Positions 1 to 12,701 of a stretch of DNA of 64,000 nt are shown here, in pieces (positions within the stretch are counted from its first letter, which is position 1; each line of letters starts with the position of its first letter). The DNA is from an uncultured Candidatus Rokubacteria bacterium (GTDB lineage Bacteria > Methylomirabilota > Methylomirabilia > Rokubacteriales > CSP1-6). A model generated the notes under the pieces. That model was not told where the DNA came from. It worked only from the letters and a program-made list of their open reading frames with translations, and searched no databases. The stretch lies in assembly GCA_963771355.1 (NCBI GenBank), contig CAVYTA010000006.1:1024001-1088000 (forward strand), in the 5' to 3' direction. The position numbers were made by a program, and so were the translations under genes.

Positions 1-512
1 GAGCCGGCATTGGTGAACGCGAAGAACGGGTCGCGGCTCAGGCGGAACTGCTCCAGCGCCTCCTCCACCGACATCGGCTTGGCCGGCACCTGGGTGACCT
101 CGAGGGGCTCGCTCGGCTCGCGTGCGGCTGCGCCTCGCCCTCCTCGCTTCGCTCGGGAAGCATTTCCATATCCGCTCGGCTCGCCTTCGGCTGCGCCTCG
201 CCAAGCCAGGCCCTTACGAATCGGCTTGTGGGTCTGGATGCGATCCTTGAGCTCGCGGACCTGGCGGGTGAGCGCCGCCAGCGCGGCATCCACCGCGGCG
301 GCCAGGTCGAGGGCCGTTTCCTCGCTGCGGAAGGTGTGGAGCTTGGCCACCAGCGTCACCCCCGCGGTCCGACGGTTCCGCTCCTTGGTCAGCACCACCC
401 GGGCCTCGTTGGGCTTCGGCGACAGGCGCGCCAGCTTCTCGATTCGCTCCTGCAGGTGCGCCCGATACGTCGGAGAGACGGTGAGGCCGCGCGCGCTGAT
501 GATTACCCGCAT
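1..512 (-). CDS. hpf: Long-form ribosome hibernation promoting factor (HPF/sigma54 modulation protein), 3' end outside window; absent from ORF track
   Basis: Manual translation from ATG at 512: MRVIISARGLTVSPTYRAHLQERIEKL...EETALDLAAAVD...KDRIQTHK, then linker, then KPMSVEEALEQFRLSRDPFFAF (C-terminal HPF domain motif). Directly downstream of rpoN. Confidence 0.9.
   Translation of the reverse strand, partial: MRVIISARGLTVSPTYRAHLQERIEKLARLSPKPNEARVVLTKERNRRTAGVTLVAKLHTFRSEETALDLAAAVDAALAALTRQVRELKDRIQTHKPIRKGLAWRGAAEGEPSGYGNASRAKRGGRGAAAREPSEPLEVTQVPAKPMSVEEALEQFRLSRDPFFAFTNAG
108..204. repeat. Copy of a pyrimidine-rich GCTCGC-type dispersed repeat lying in frame inside the hpf linker
   Basis: 126-204 aligns by hand to 33303-33382 with about 11 differences in 80 positions. 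Confidence 0.85.
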
Positions 513-526
513 GGCCGCCGCCGCGC

Positions 527-1972
527 TCAGCGCTTCTTGGGGGCCATCCTGCGCTGGTGCGAGGGCTGGATACCGAGCTCTTCGCGGTACTTGGCCACCG
601 TCCGGCGCGCGATGGTGAGCCCCTGCGTGTGCAGGGTCTTGGCGATGTCCTGGTCCGAGTAGGGCTTGGCGGAGTCCTCGCCCGCGACCAGGTCCTGGAT
701 GGTCTTCTTCACCGACACCGAGGACACCACGTCGCCGTTGTTGGAGGCGATGCCGCTGTGGAAGAACCACTTGAGCTCGTAGAGGCCCTGCGGCGTCTGG
801 ATGTACTTGTTGGTGGTCACCCGGCTGATGGTGGACTCGTGCATCCCGATGTCCTCCCCCACGTCACGGAGGGCGAGGGGGCGGAGATGAGCGAGGCCCC
901 GGTCGAAGAACTCCCGCTGGAACTTCACCAGGCTGGTGGCCACCTTCCGGATGGTGCGCTGCCGCTGCTCCACGCTCTTGATGAGCCAGAGGGCGGATCG
1001 CAGCTTCTGCTCCACGAACTGCTTGTCCTCCCCCGCCGAGCCGCGGAGGAGCGAGCGGTAGAGCGAGTTGACCCGGAGCCGGGGCAGGCCCTCGTCGTTG
1101 AGCACCACCACGTAGTCGTCGCCGATCTTCTGGAGCGTCACGTCGGGCGCGATGTAGCGCGAGTCGGCCACCACGAAGCGCCGGCCGGGCTTGGGCTCCA
1201 GGCCCTGGATCTCCTCCACCGATTCCATGATGCGGTCCAGCGACAGCTTCAGCGCGCGCGCGATCTCCGGGTAGCGCCGCCGCTCGAGGTCGTCCATGTG
1301 CTTCTCGACGATCTCGACGGACACCGGGTCCGGCTCGGAGTCGGCCCGGAGCTGGAGGAGCAGGCACTCCTGGATACTCCGCGCCGCCACCCCGGGCGGG
1401 TCGAAGCTCTGGATGAGCTGGAGCGCCTTGTCCACCTCGTCCACCGTCCGGCCCATCTGCTCCGCGAGCTCGGCCGTCTCTGCGCGCAGGTATCCGTCCT
1501 CGTCGAGGTTACCGATGATCGACTCCCCCAGCGCCAGCAGCACGGGCTCGTCGGTGATCATCCGGAGCTGCTCCATCAGATGGTCGGTCAGCGAGGTCTC
1601 CGTGCGGCCCAGGTTCTCGAACGGCAGGTCGTCCCGCTCCTCCGTGGAGACCGGGGTCCGCTCCTCCGGCTGGTCGAACATCGCCTGAGTGAGGTCGAAG
1701 GGCAGGTCGTCCGACTTCTCCCCATCGACCGTGCTCTGCTCCTTGGCCAGCGGCGACTCGCTGGGCGGGGGCTGAAGATCGGCGGTCTCGGTCCCCGCGA
1801 CCTCCGCGGTGGGCTCGTTCTCCGCCTGTACCTCCTCGAGGAGGGGATTTTCGCGGAGCTCCTGCTCCACGACTTCCTTGAGCTCGAGGGTGGAGAGCTG
1901 GAGCAGATGGATGGCCTGCTGGAGCAGCGGGGTCATCACCACCCGCTGTGACATTCGTTGAACCAGTCGCAT
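527..1972 (-). CDS. rpoN: RNA polymerase sigma-54 factor
   Basis: Q/L-rich region I (MTPLLQQAIHLLQLS), HESTISR HTH, RpoN box ARRTVAKYRE. Confidence 0.98.
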   Translation of the reverse strand: MRLVQRMSQRVVMTPLLQQAIHLLQLSTLELKEVVEQELRENPLLEEVQAENEPTAEVAGTETADLQPPPSESPLAKEQSTVDGEKSDDLPFDLTQAMFDQPEERTPVSTEERDDLPFENLGRTETSLTDHLMEQLRMITDEPVLLALGESIIGNLDEDGYLRAETAELAEQMGRTVDEVDKALQLIQSFDPPGVAARSIQECLLLQLRADSEPDPVSVEIVEKHMDDLERRRYPEIARALKLSLDRIMESVEEIQGLEPKPGRRFVVADSRYIAPDVTLQKIGDDYVVVLNDEGLPRLRVNSLYRSLLRGSAGEDKQFVEQKLRSALWLIKSVEQRQRTIRKVATSLVKFQREFFDRGLAHLRPLALRDVGEDIGMHESTISRVTTNKYIQTPQGLYELKWFFHSGIASNNGDVVSSVSVKKTIQDLVAGEDSAKPYSDQDIAKTLHTQGLTIARRTVAKYREELGIQPSHQRRMAPKKR

Positions 1973-1995
1973 CGGTCAGGCGCTCCGGATAGGCG

Positions 1996-2718
1996 TCAGA
2001 GCGAGAACTTCTCGCCCAGGTAGATTTCGCGGGCCCGCGGATTGTTCGCCAGCTCGTGGGCGGTGCCGGCGGCGAGGATCTGGCCGTGGTACAGGATGTA
2101 CGCGCGGTCGGTGATGGCGAGGGTCTCCCGCACGTTGTGGTCGGTGATGAGGACGCCGATGCCGCGCTCGCGCAGGCGGGCCACGATCTCCTGGATGTCC
2201 CCGATGGCGATGGGATCGATGCCCGTGAAGGGCTCGTCGAGCAGGAGGTAACGGGGCCCGGTCACCAGCGCCCGCGTGATCTCGAGGCGCCGCCGCTCGC
2301 CGCCGGACAGGGTGAAGGCCTTGTGGCGCGCGAGCGGGGTGAGATCGAGCTCGGCGAGGAGGACGCGGAGCCGCGCCATCCGCTCCTGCTCGGTGAGGTC
2401 CATGGTCTCGAGGATGGCGAGCAGGTTCTCCTCCACGGTGAGCTTGCGGAACACCGAGGACTCCTGCGGGAGATAGCCCATCCCCATCCGGCAGCGCTGG
2501 TACATGGGCAGATCGGTGATCTCCTGGCCTTCCAGGAAGATGCGCCCGCCCTCGGGTCGCAGCAGGCCCACCATCATGTAGAAGGACGTGGTCTTCCCGG
2601 CCCCGTTCGGTCCCAGCAGGCCTACCACCTCACCGCGCTGGATATCGACGCTCACGCGGTCGACCACCACGCGGTTGCGAAAGCGCTTGACCAGCCCCTG
2701 CGCGATCAGACCTTCCAT
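1996..2718 (-). CDS. lptB: LPS export ABC transporter ATP-binding protein
   Basis: [35 protein letters not shown]; canonical position upstream of rpoN. Start trimmed to MEGLIAQ. Confidence 0.97.
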   Translation of the reverse strand: MEGLIAQGLVKRFRNRVVVDRVSVDIQRGEVVGLLGPNGAGKTTSFYMMVGLLRPEGGRIFLEGQEITDLPMYQRCRMGMGYLPQESSVFRKLTVEENLLAILETMDLTEQERMARLRVLLAELDLTPLARHKAFTLSGGERRRLEITRALVTGPRYLLLDEPFTGIDPIAIGDIQEIVARLRERGIGVLITDHNVRETLAITDRAYILYHGQILAAGTAHELANNPRAREIYLGEKFSL

Positions 2719-2722
2719 GACG

Positions 2723-3334
2723 TCACGGCTTGCACGGGGCGCCGGCGGCGGGCTTGCCATTGGGCGAGGCCTCGCCCTCGCGCTTGGGATAGAAGACGCT
2801 CTTCACGCGGCCGCCCGCGCCGGCCTCGGCCATGCTCCGGTCCTCGGCCAGAAAGATGGTGATGCGCTCCCCGGTGACCACGTTCTCATCCTGCCAGACG
2901 CGCGCATCGCCGGTGAGGACCACCCGCTGCTCGGCGTCGTAGTACTCCGCCCGGTTCGCGGTTCCGGTGCGGCAGTCGCGGGTGATGATCCGCACGCCGC
3001 CGGTGGACACGGTGCGCGTCACCTTGTCCCCCTTGTCGTCGAGGTACACCTCCATGCGGTCCGCGTACTGGGTCGAGTTGTTGTGTCGGGCCACCACGTT
3101 CCCGGTGAAGACGACCAGCCCCTGCTTCTGGTTCGAGACCAGCTGATCGGCGTCCACCTCGACCGGCTGGCCTCGACCCGACGCCGCCGGGCTCTTGGGT
3201 GCCGTCGGTGCGGCCCCTGCCGTGCCCGCCGGAGCCGGCCGCGGGCGCGGCGACGAGGTCTGGGCCTGCACGTCCCCGATCGCGCTCACCCCGAGCCACA
3301 CTCCCAGCACGACCGCCGTCAGTCCGCGTCTCAT
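2723..3334 (-). CDS. lptA: LPS transport periplasmic protein (LptA/OstA family)
   Basis: Signal peptide, VEVDAD...VFTGNVVA...LTGDARVWQ jellyroll pattern; synteny. Confidence 0.9.
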   Translation of the reverse strand: MRRGLTAVVLGVWLGVSAIGDVQAQTSSPRPRPAPAGTAGAAPTAPKSPAASGRGQPVEVDADQLVSNQKQGLVVFTGNVVARHNNSTQYADRMEVYLDDKGDKVTRTVSTGGVRIITRDCRTGTANRAEYYDAEQRVVLTGDARVWQDENVVTGERITIFLAEDRSMAEAGAGGRVKSVFYPKREGEASPNGKPAAGAPCKP

Positions 3335-3337
3335 CGA

Positions 3338-4006
3338 CTAGCCCTTGACCCCGGCGCGGGGCACCGGGCCCGCCTCCGCCGACGGCAGCTCGTCAGTCTT
3401 GCTCGCGCCGGGCTTGCTCGCGTCGGGCTTGGTCACGTCGGGATTGGTCGTCCCGAACGTCGCCCGGATCCGTCCCTTGATCTCGGTGTTCCGCTCACCC
3501 ACCCGGGCGTCGAGCCCCTGGCCCTGGACCACCGCACCCTTCTGGTGCAGGGTAACGGGCTCGTCCGTCCACGCGCGCTTCGCGTCGGCGTCCCAGCGCA
3601 GCCGCGTGGTCTCCAGCCGCAGCCCATCGCTCGAGGTCAGGATCACATTGCCCCGCAGCTCGACGTTCTTGCTCTCCTGCGCCATCTCCCCCTCGTCGCC
3701 GGTGACGGTCCAGCTCCGATCGGGCTCCTGGATCCGGATGCGAACTTTTCGGAGAAGGGTGCGGCCCGCCTTCTCGTACGCCTCCGCCTGATCCGCTTGG
3801 AGCTGCCAGGTCACGCCGTCCTTCATCTCCTCCTGCAGCTCCACTTCCTTGATCCGATAGTCGGCCCGGGTCTGCGGGCCCTCGGACGGCACCGACTGCA
3901 CGCCCCGGCCGCGGAGAACCAGCACGCCCACAACGACCACCACGAAGAGGGCGACACCCACGAAGAGTACACGCGAAAGCCGTTGGGTATGCAATTTCAA
4001 TACCAC
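3338..4006 (-). CDS. lptC: LPS export protein LptC; start uncertain (TTG at 3994 or 4000 possible)
   Basis: Single N-terminal TM, WQLQADQA...LETTRLRWD...GQGL pattern; synteny. Confidence 0.88.
   Translation of the reverse strand: MVLKLHTQRLSRVLFVGVALFVVVVVGVLVLRGRGVQSVPSEGPQTRADYRIKEVELQEEMKDGVTWQLQADQAEAYEKAGRTLLRKVRIRIQEPDRSWTVTGDEGEMAQESKNVELRGNVILTSSDGLRLETTRLRWDADAKRAWTDEPVTLHQKGAVVQGQGLDARVGERNTEIKGRIRATFGTTNPDVTKPDASKPGASKTDELPSAEAGPVPRAGVKG
3398..3442. repeat. 3x 15-bp tandem repeat encoding the LptC low-complexity tail (PDVTK/PDASK/PGASK)
   Basis: cttgctcgcgccggg / cttgctcgcgtcggg / cttggtcacgtcggg. Confidence 0.75.
3990..4005 (-). promoter_or_regulatory. Sigma54 -24/-12 motif upstream of lptC-lptA-lptB-rpoN-hpf
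   Basis: Minus strand TGGTATTGAAATTGCA = GG-N10-GC with TTGCA at -12. Confidence 0.65.
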
Positions 4007-4034
4007 GCTAGCACAGCTCTCAGGAGCGCGGCAA
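4005..4034 (-). promoter_or_regulatory. Sigma70-type promoter for lptC operon
   Basis: TTGCCG-N18-TAGCGT with extended -10 TG, in the kdsC-lptC gap. Confidence 0.5.
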
Positions 4035-4060
4035 TAAACTTCCCGTCTGACCCACGGGGT

Positions 4061-4585
4061 TCATGCGGACGCGGGGATACGAGGTGGCCAGGCCTTCCGG
4101 GCGCGCAAAATCAGCTCCACCGCTTCACGAACGGCGCCACGGCCGCCGGGCTGGCGGGAAACCCAGTCCGCCGCCCGGCGTACCTCGGGCACGGCATCCG
4201 CGGGGGCCAGGGCAAGGCCCACCGCGCTCATCAGCGGCAGATCGGGCAAGTCGTCGCCCATGGCCGCAATCTCACCGCGCGCGCGACCCAGGCGTGCGAT
4301 CAGCTCCGCCAGGCGCGCGGCCTTGTCCCCCACCCCCTGATGGACCTCCTCGATCTCGAGCTCCGCGAGCCGGCGCGTGACCGCCGCCGAGGCGCGGCCC
4401 GAGATCACCGCGACCGCGAGCCCCGCGCGGCGGGCCGCGACGAGGGCGTAGCCGTCGCGCACGTGGAAGCGCTTCACCTCCTCGCCGGCGGGTCCGTAGA
4501 CGAGCATGCCGTCGGTGAGCACGCCGTCGACGTCGAGCACGAGGAGCCGCACTTTGGCCGCGCGCGCGGCAAGAGACGTCGTCAT
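4061..4585 (-). CDS. kdsC: KDO 8-phosphate phosphatase (HAD)
   Basis: LDVDGVLTDG, GDDLPD, GGRGAVRE. Confidence 0.95.
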   Translation of the reverse strand: MTTSLAARAAKVRLLVLDVDGVLTDGMLVYGPAGEEVKRFHVRDGYALVAARRAGLAVAVISGRASAAVTRRLAELEIEEVHQGVGDKAARLAELIARLGRARGEIAAMGDDLPDLPLMSAVGLALAPADAVPEVRRAADWVSRQPGGRGAVREAVELILRARKAWPPRIPASA

Positions 4586-4591
4586 GCGGGG

Positions 4592-5563
4592 CTACGCGAT
4601 CTTCGAGCCGAGGATGTCGTGGAGGTGGATGAAGGCGTGGGGACGGCCGCTAGCGTCGGTAATGACCAGGCTCGTGATCTGGTGCGCCTCCATCACCGCG
4701 AGCGCCTTCGCGGCGAGATCCTCGGCGTCGATGCGCTTGGGGTTCCGCGACATGCAGTCGGCGACCCGGCGGTCCAGCAGCGAGCCGCCCGCGAGCTGAA
4801 GCCGCCGGAGATCGCCGTCGGTCACGACCCCCACCAGCCGCCCCGCCGCGTCCACCACCGTGGTCATGCCGCGCCGCTTGGCGGTCATCTCCTCCAGCGC
4901 TTCCTTCATGGTGGCCGACTCGCCGACGATGGGCACGGCCTCGCCGGTGCGCATGAGGTCCTGCACCTTGACGAACGCCTTCCACCGCAGCGTCCCCGCC
5001 GGATGCAGGGCGGCGTATTCCTCCGGGCGCAGCCCACGGAGCTCGAGCAGCGCCATGGCCAGCGCGTCGCCCATGGCCAGGGCCGCAGTGGTGCTCGAGG
5101 TGGGCGCCAGGTTCATGGGACAGGCCTCCTCGCTCACCGCCACGTCGAGCACGACATCGGCCTGCCGCGCCAGCGAGGAAGCGGCGCTGCCGGTGAGGAG
5201 CACCATCGGCACCCCGAGCCGCTTCAGCGCGGGCAGCACCGCGAGCAGCTCGTCGGTCTCGCCCGAGTTCGACAGGGCCAGGACGACGTCGTCCCGCGCC
5301 ACCATGCCCACGTCACCATGCACGCCTTCGGCCGGGTGGAGGAAGTATGCCGGCGTGCCCGTGCTCGCCATGGTGGCCGCCACCTTGCGGCCCACCAGGC
5401 CGGACTTCCCCATGCCGGTGACGATGACGCGGCCACGGCAGCGTGCGATCAGCTCCACCGCGGCGACGAAACGCTCGTCGAGCCGTCCGGTGAGCGCGAG
5501 CACCGCCTCCGCCTCCAGACGCAGCACGCGCTCGGCGATCGCCAGGAGACGCGCGGGGTCCAT
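4592..5563 (-). CDS. kdsD: Arabinose-5-phosphate isomerase (KpsF/GutQ, SIS + CBS)
   Basis: GMGKSG, STGTPA, APTSSTT, HPAG, C-terminal CBS pair. Confidence 0.96.
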   Translation of the reverse strand: MDPARLLAIAERVLRLEAEAVLALTGRLDERFVAAVELIARCRGRVIVTGMGKSGLVGRKVAATMASTGTPAYFLHPAEGVHGDVGMVARDDVVLALSNSGETDELLAVLPALKRLGVPMVLLTGSAASSLARQADVVLDVAVSEEACPMNLAPTSSTTAALAMGDALAMALLELRGLRPEEYAALHPAGTLRWKAFVKVQDLMRTGEAVPIVGESATMKEALEEMTAKRRGMTTVVDAAGRLVGVVTDGDLRRLQLAGGSLLDRRVADCMSRNPKRIDAEDLAAKALAVMEAHQITSLVITDASGRPHAFIHLHDILGSKIA

Positions 5564-6423
5564 CAGGCGCCGCCCCTCCCAGCGGCCGGCGCGAGCCCCC
5601 CGCGGATGGCGCGCAGCTCGGCGAGGAGACGCGGCAGCTCGTCGAGCCGGAGCATGTTGGGCCCGTCCGAGAGCGGCCGGCCGTCGGCGAGCGTGCGGTC
5701 CGGGTCCTCGTGCATCTCCATGAAGAGGGCATCCACGCCCGCCGCCACCGCCGCGCGCGCCAGCAGCGGCACATAGCGGCGCTCCCCGCCTGACCGGTGC
5801 CCCAGCCCGCCCGGGAGCTGGACGGAGTGGGTGGCGTCGAAGATCACCGGATAGCCCAGCTCACCCATGATGGCCAGCCCGCGGAAATCCACCACCAGGT
5901 TCGCGTACCCGAAGCTCGTGCCGCGCTCGGTGAGGAGGATGTCCTCATTGCCGGTGGACGCGATCTTGGCCGCCACGTTGCCCATGTCGCGGGGGGCGAG
6001 GAACTGGCCCTTCTTCACGTTGACCGGCCGGCCCGTCCGGCCGCACGCCAGCAGCAGCTCGGTCTGACGGCAGAGGAAGGCCGGGATCTGGAGCACATCG
6101 AGCACCTCGGCGGCGGGCCCCACCTCCGCGACGTCGTGCACGTCGGAGAGGACCGGCAGCCCGGTGATCTCCTTGACCCGGCGAAGAATGCGGAGCCCTT
6201 CCTTCAGACCCGGTCCCCGGTACGAGTCGATCGATGAGCGATTGGCCTTGTCGTAGGACGACTTGTAGATGAAGGGAATCCCGGCCGCGGCGGTGGTGGC
6301 CTTGAGGCGCTCCGCCACCATGACGGCGTGCTCCTCGCTCTCGATCGCGCAGGGCCCCCCGATGAGGACGAGCGGCCCGCCCCCGCCGATCGTGATCCCG
6401 CCGACCCGAACGGTCCGGCCCAC
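5563..6423 (-). CDS. kdsA: KDO 8-phosphate synthase
   Basis: [33 protein letters not shown]. Confidence 0.97.
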   Translation of the reverse strand: MGRTVRVGGITIGGGGPLVLIGGPCAIESEEHAVMVAERLKATTAAAGIPFIYKSSYDKANRSSIDSYRGPGLKEGLRILRRVKEITGLPVLSDVHDVAEVGPAAEVLDVLQIPAFLCRQTELLLACGRTGRPVNVKKGQFLAPRDMGNVAAKIASTGNEDILLTERGTSFGYANLVVDFRGLAIMGELGYPVIFDATHSVQLPGGLGHRSGGERRYVPLLARAAVAAGVDALFMEMHEDPDRTLADGRPLSDGPNMLRLDELPRLLAELRAIRGGLAPAAGRGGA

Positions 6424-6435
6424 CGCGTCGCGGGC

Positions 6436-10646
<4,211 letters not shown>

Positions 10647-10647
<1 letters not shown>

Positions 10648-10727
10648 CAACGCGGCTCGGGGGGGACGGGGGCTCGTGGGCGGCGCGACGGAACAACCAG
10701 ACCAGCAACTACGAACTGCAGGGGCAT
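10647..10727 (-). other. Putative 26-aa leader ORF (MPLQFVVAGLVVPSRRPRAPVPPEPR) coupled to xerD by TGATG
   Basis: ATG lies 5 nt after a TTGCCC-N18-TAGAGT promoter-like motif; stop overlaps the xerD ATG. Confidence 0.35.
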
Positions 10728-10738
10728 AGCGAACTCTA

Positions 10739-12328
10739 TCACCGCGCCCCCGTCGGGGGCAAGCCCTTGCCCTTGCCGCGCCGGAGCATGCCGACGAGCA
10801 CGTGAAGCTCGGGCGCGCGGAGCAGCGCGGCCGCCGCCACGAACGCGAGGCCGCCGCCGATCACCGCCGCGCCGGTCCAGACCGCGGCGTGGGCGGAAGC
10901 GTCCCCAACCGGGCCCAGTGCGCGGCAGACGAGCCAGAGCGGCAGGGTGGCGGCGAGCGTGCGGAGCGCGGAACGGCCGAGCGCCCGGCCCCCGATGGGT
11001 CCGAGCCGCCGCCGCAGCAGCCACAGCAGCGCAAGGACATTCACGTAGGCGGCCAGCGACGAGGCCAGGGCCAGCCCGGCGTGCGCGAGCGGCCACATGA
11101 GGCCGAGCGCGAGGCAGACGTTGGCGGCCACCGAGACGAAGCCCACGAGGACGGGCGTGCGCGTGTCCCCCAGCGCGTAGAAGGTCTGAGCGGCGAGGCG
11201 CGTCGCCGAGAAGGCGGGGAGCCCGACCGCGTAGGCGGCGAGGGCCTCGGTGGTGGCGGCGACGGCGGTCGCGCCGAACTGCCCGCGCTCGAAGAGCAGG
11301 CTCACGATGGGCCCGCCGAGGGCCACCAGACCCACCGCGGCGGGCACCGCGATGAAGACGGAAAGCCGCAGCGCGAAGCCGAGCGTGTCGGTGAGCCCTG
11401 CCCGATCGCCCCGCGCCGCCTGCGCCGACATGGTCGGCAGCGCCGCGGTCGCGAGCGCGATCCCGAACACGCCGAGGGGGAACTCCATCAGACGGTCGGC
11501 GTAGTAGAGATACGAGATGCTGCCCCGGGGCAGCAGCGAGGCAAGCAGCGTGTTGATCACCACCGTGATCTGGACCGCGGCGAGACCGAAGGCGGCGGGC
11601 AGGAGCCGCCGCGCGATGGTGCGCACCGCCGGATGCGCCCAGTCACCGGACGGGCGAAGGGGGACGCCGAGGCGCCGGACCTCCGGCAGCTGGACGAGCA
11701 GCTGGCCCAGACCGCCCACGAGTACCCCCACCGCGAGGGAGACGATGGGCGGCTGGAAATGCCGCGCCAGCAGCAGCACCGCCCCGATCATGCAGAGGTT
11801 GAGCACCGCGGGGCCGAGCGCGGCGGTCAAGAACCGGTGATGCGCGTTCAGCGTGCCGGTGGCGAGCGCGGCCAGCCCCACCAGCAGGAGGTACGGGAAC
11901 ATCAGCCGCGTGAGCCACACCGCGAGGTCGAGCAGTGGCGGGTCCGCCGCCCAGCCCGGCGCCATCAGCGTCACGATCCATCGCGCCCCCAGCATGCCCG
12001 CCAGCGTCACCACGCAGAGGGTGAGCGCGCTCGCGCCCGCCACCGCGCGGGCCATGGTGGCGAAGGCGGCGCGTCCGCCGGTGGCGAGGTACTGCGTGAA
12101 GACCGGGATCACCGCGGTGGACAGCGCGCCCTCGGCGAGGAGGCGGCGGAGGAGGTTGGGGATGCGGAACGCCACGAAGAAGGCGTCGGTGACGGGGCCG
12201 GCGCCGAAGGCTTGCGCCACCACCATGTCCCGCACATAGCCGAGGACGCGGCTGGCGAGGGTCGCGAGCCCGATGCTGCCGACGGCGCTCACCACGCCGG
12301 CCCGCCCCTCCTGGGGATCGCCGCTCAC
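10739..12328 (-). CDS. murJ: Lipid II flippase MurJ (MviN)
   Basis: SRVLGYVRD, DAFFVAFRIPNLLRRLLAEGA, YADRLMEFPLG; GTG start with AAGGAG upstream. Confidence 0.95.
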   Translation of the reverse strand: MSGDPQEGRAGVVSAVGSIGLATLASRVLGYVRDMVVAQAFGAGPVTDAFFVAFRIPNLLRRLLAEGALSTAVIPVFTQYLATGGRAAFATMARAVAGASALTLCVVTLAGMLGARWIVTLMAPGWAADPPLLDLAVWLTRLMFPYLLLVGLAALATGTLNAHHRFLTAALGPAVLNLCMIGAVLLLARHFQPPIVSLAVGVLVGGLGQLLVQLPEVRRLGVPLRPSGDWAHPAVRTIARRLLPAAFGLAAVQITVVINTLLASLLPRGSISYLYYADRLMEFPLGVFGIALATAALPTMSAQAARGDRAGLTDTLGFALRLSVFIAVPAAVGLVALGGPIVSLLFERGQFGATAVAATTEALAAYAVGLPAFSATRLAAQTFYALGDTRTPVLVGFVSVAANVCLALGLMWPLAHAGLALASSLAAYVNVLALLWLLRRRLGPIGGRALGRSALRTLAATLPLWLVCRALGPVGDASAHAAVWTGAAVIGGGLAFVAAAALLRAPELHVLVGMLRRGKGKGLPPTGAR

Positions 12329-12341
12329 GGGGACAAACTCC

Positions 12342-12370
12342 TTGACTCTCCTCCGACCCGACGGTATGGT
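12342..12370 (+). promoter_or_regulatory. Sigma70 promoter of rpsT
   Basis: TTGACT-N17-TATGGT; AGGAGG SD before GTG 12424. Confidence 0.7.
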
Positions 12371-12423
12371 TCGATTTTGCCCGGGGTTACGGGCGACTTC
12401 CCCCAGGAATACAGGAGGCAAGA

Positions 12424-12684
12424 GTGGCCAACACGCGATCCGCCCGGAAACGGATCAAGACGAGTGAGAAGCGCCGGCTGCGGAACCGCGCCGTGCGGAG
12501 CCAGGTCCGTTCCGTGGTCAAGACGGCCCGCGCGGTCGAGCCCTCGCAAGGGGCCGAGGGACGCACCGCCATCCAGGAGGCGATCCGGAGCCTCGACAAG
12601 GCGGTGAGCCGCGGCGTGATTCACCGCAACACCGCCGCGCGCCGGAAGTCGACGCTGGCCCGGCGGCTCGCCCTCGTCAAGTAA
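12424..12684 (+). CDS. rpsT: 30S ribosomal protein S20
   Basis: MANTRSARKR...LDKAVSRGVIHRNTAARRKS; divergent from murJ. Confidence 0.97.
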   Translation: MANTRSARKRIKTSEKRRLRNRAVRSQVRSVVKTARAVEPSQGAEGRTAIQEAIRSLDKAVSRGVIHRNTAARRKSTLARRLALVK

Positions 12685-12701
12685 CCCTCCTCCGTCCCGT
12701 C

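Noticed and set aside
2588..5776. Very long opposite-strand ORFs (1062 aa here; also 15797-18358, 18238-20610, 26555-29089, 55217-57892)
   Set aside because: Antisense shadows of well-supported genes; Arg/Gly/His-rich with no motifs, as expected in high-GC DNA.
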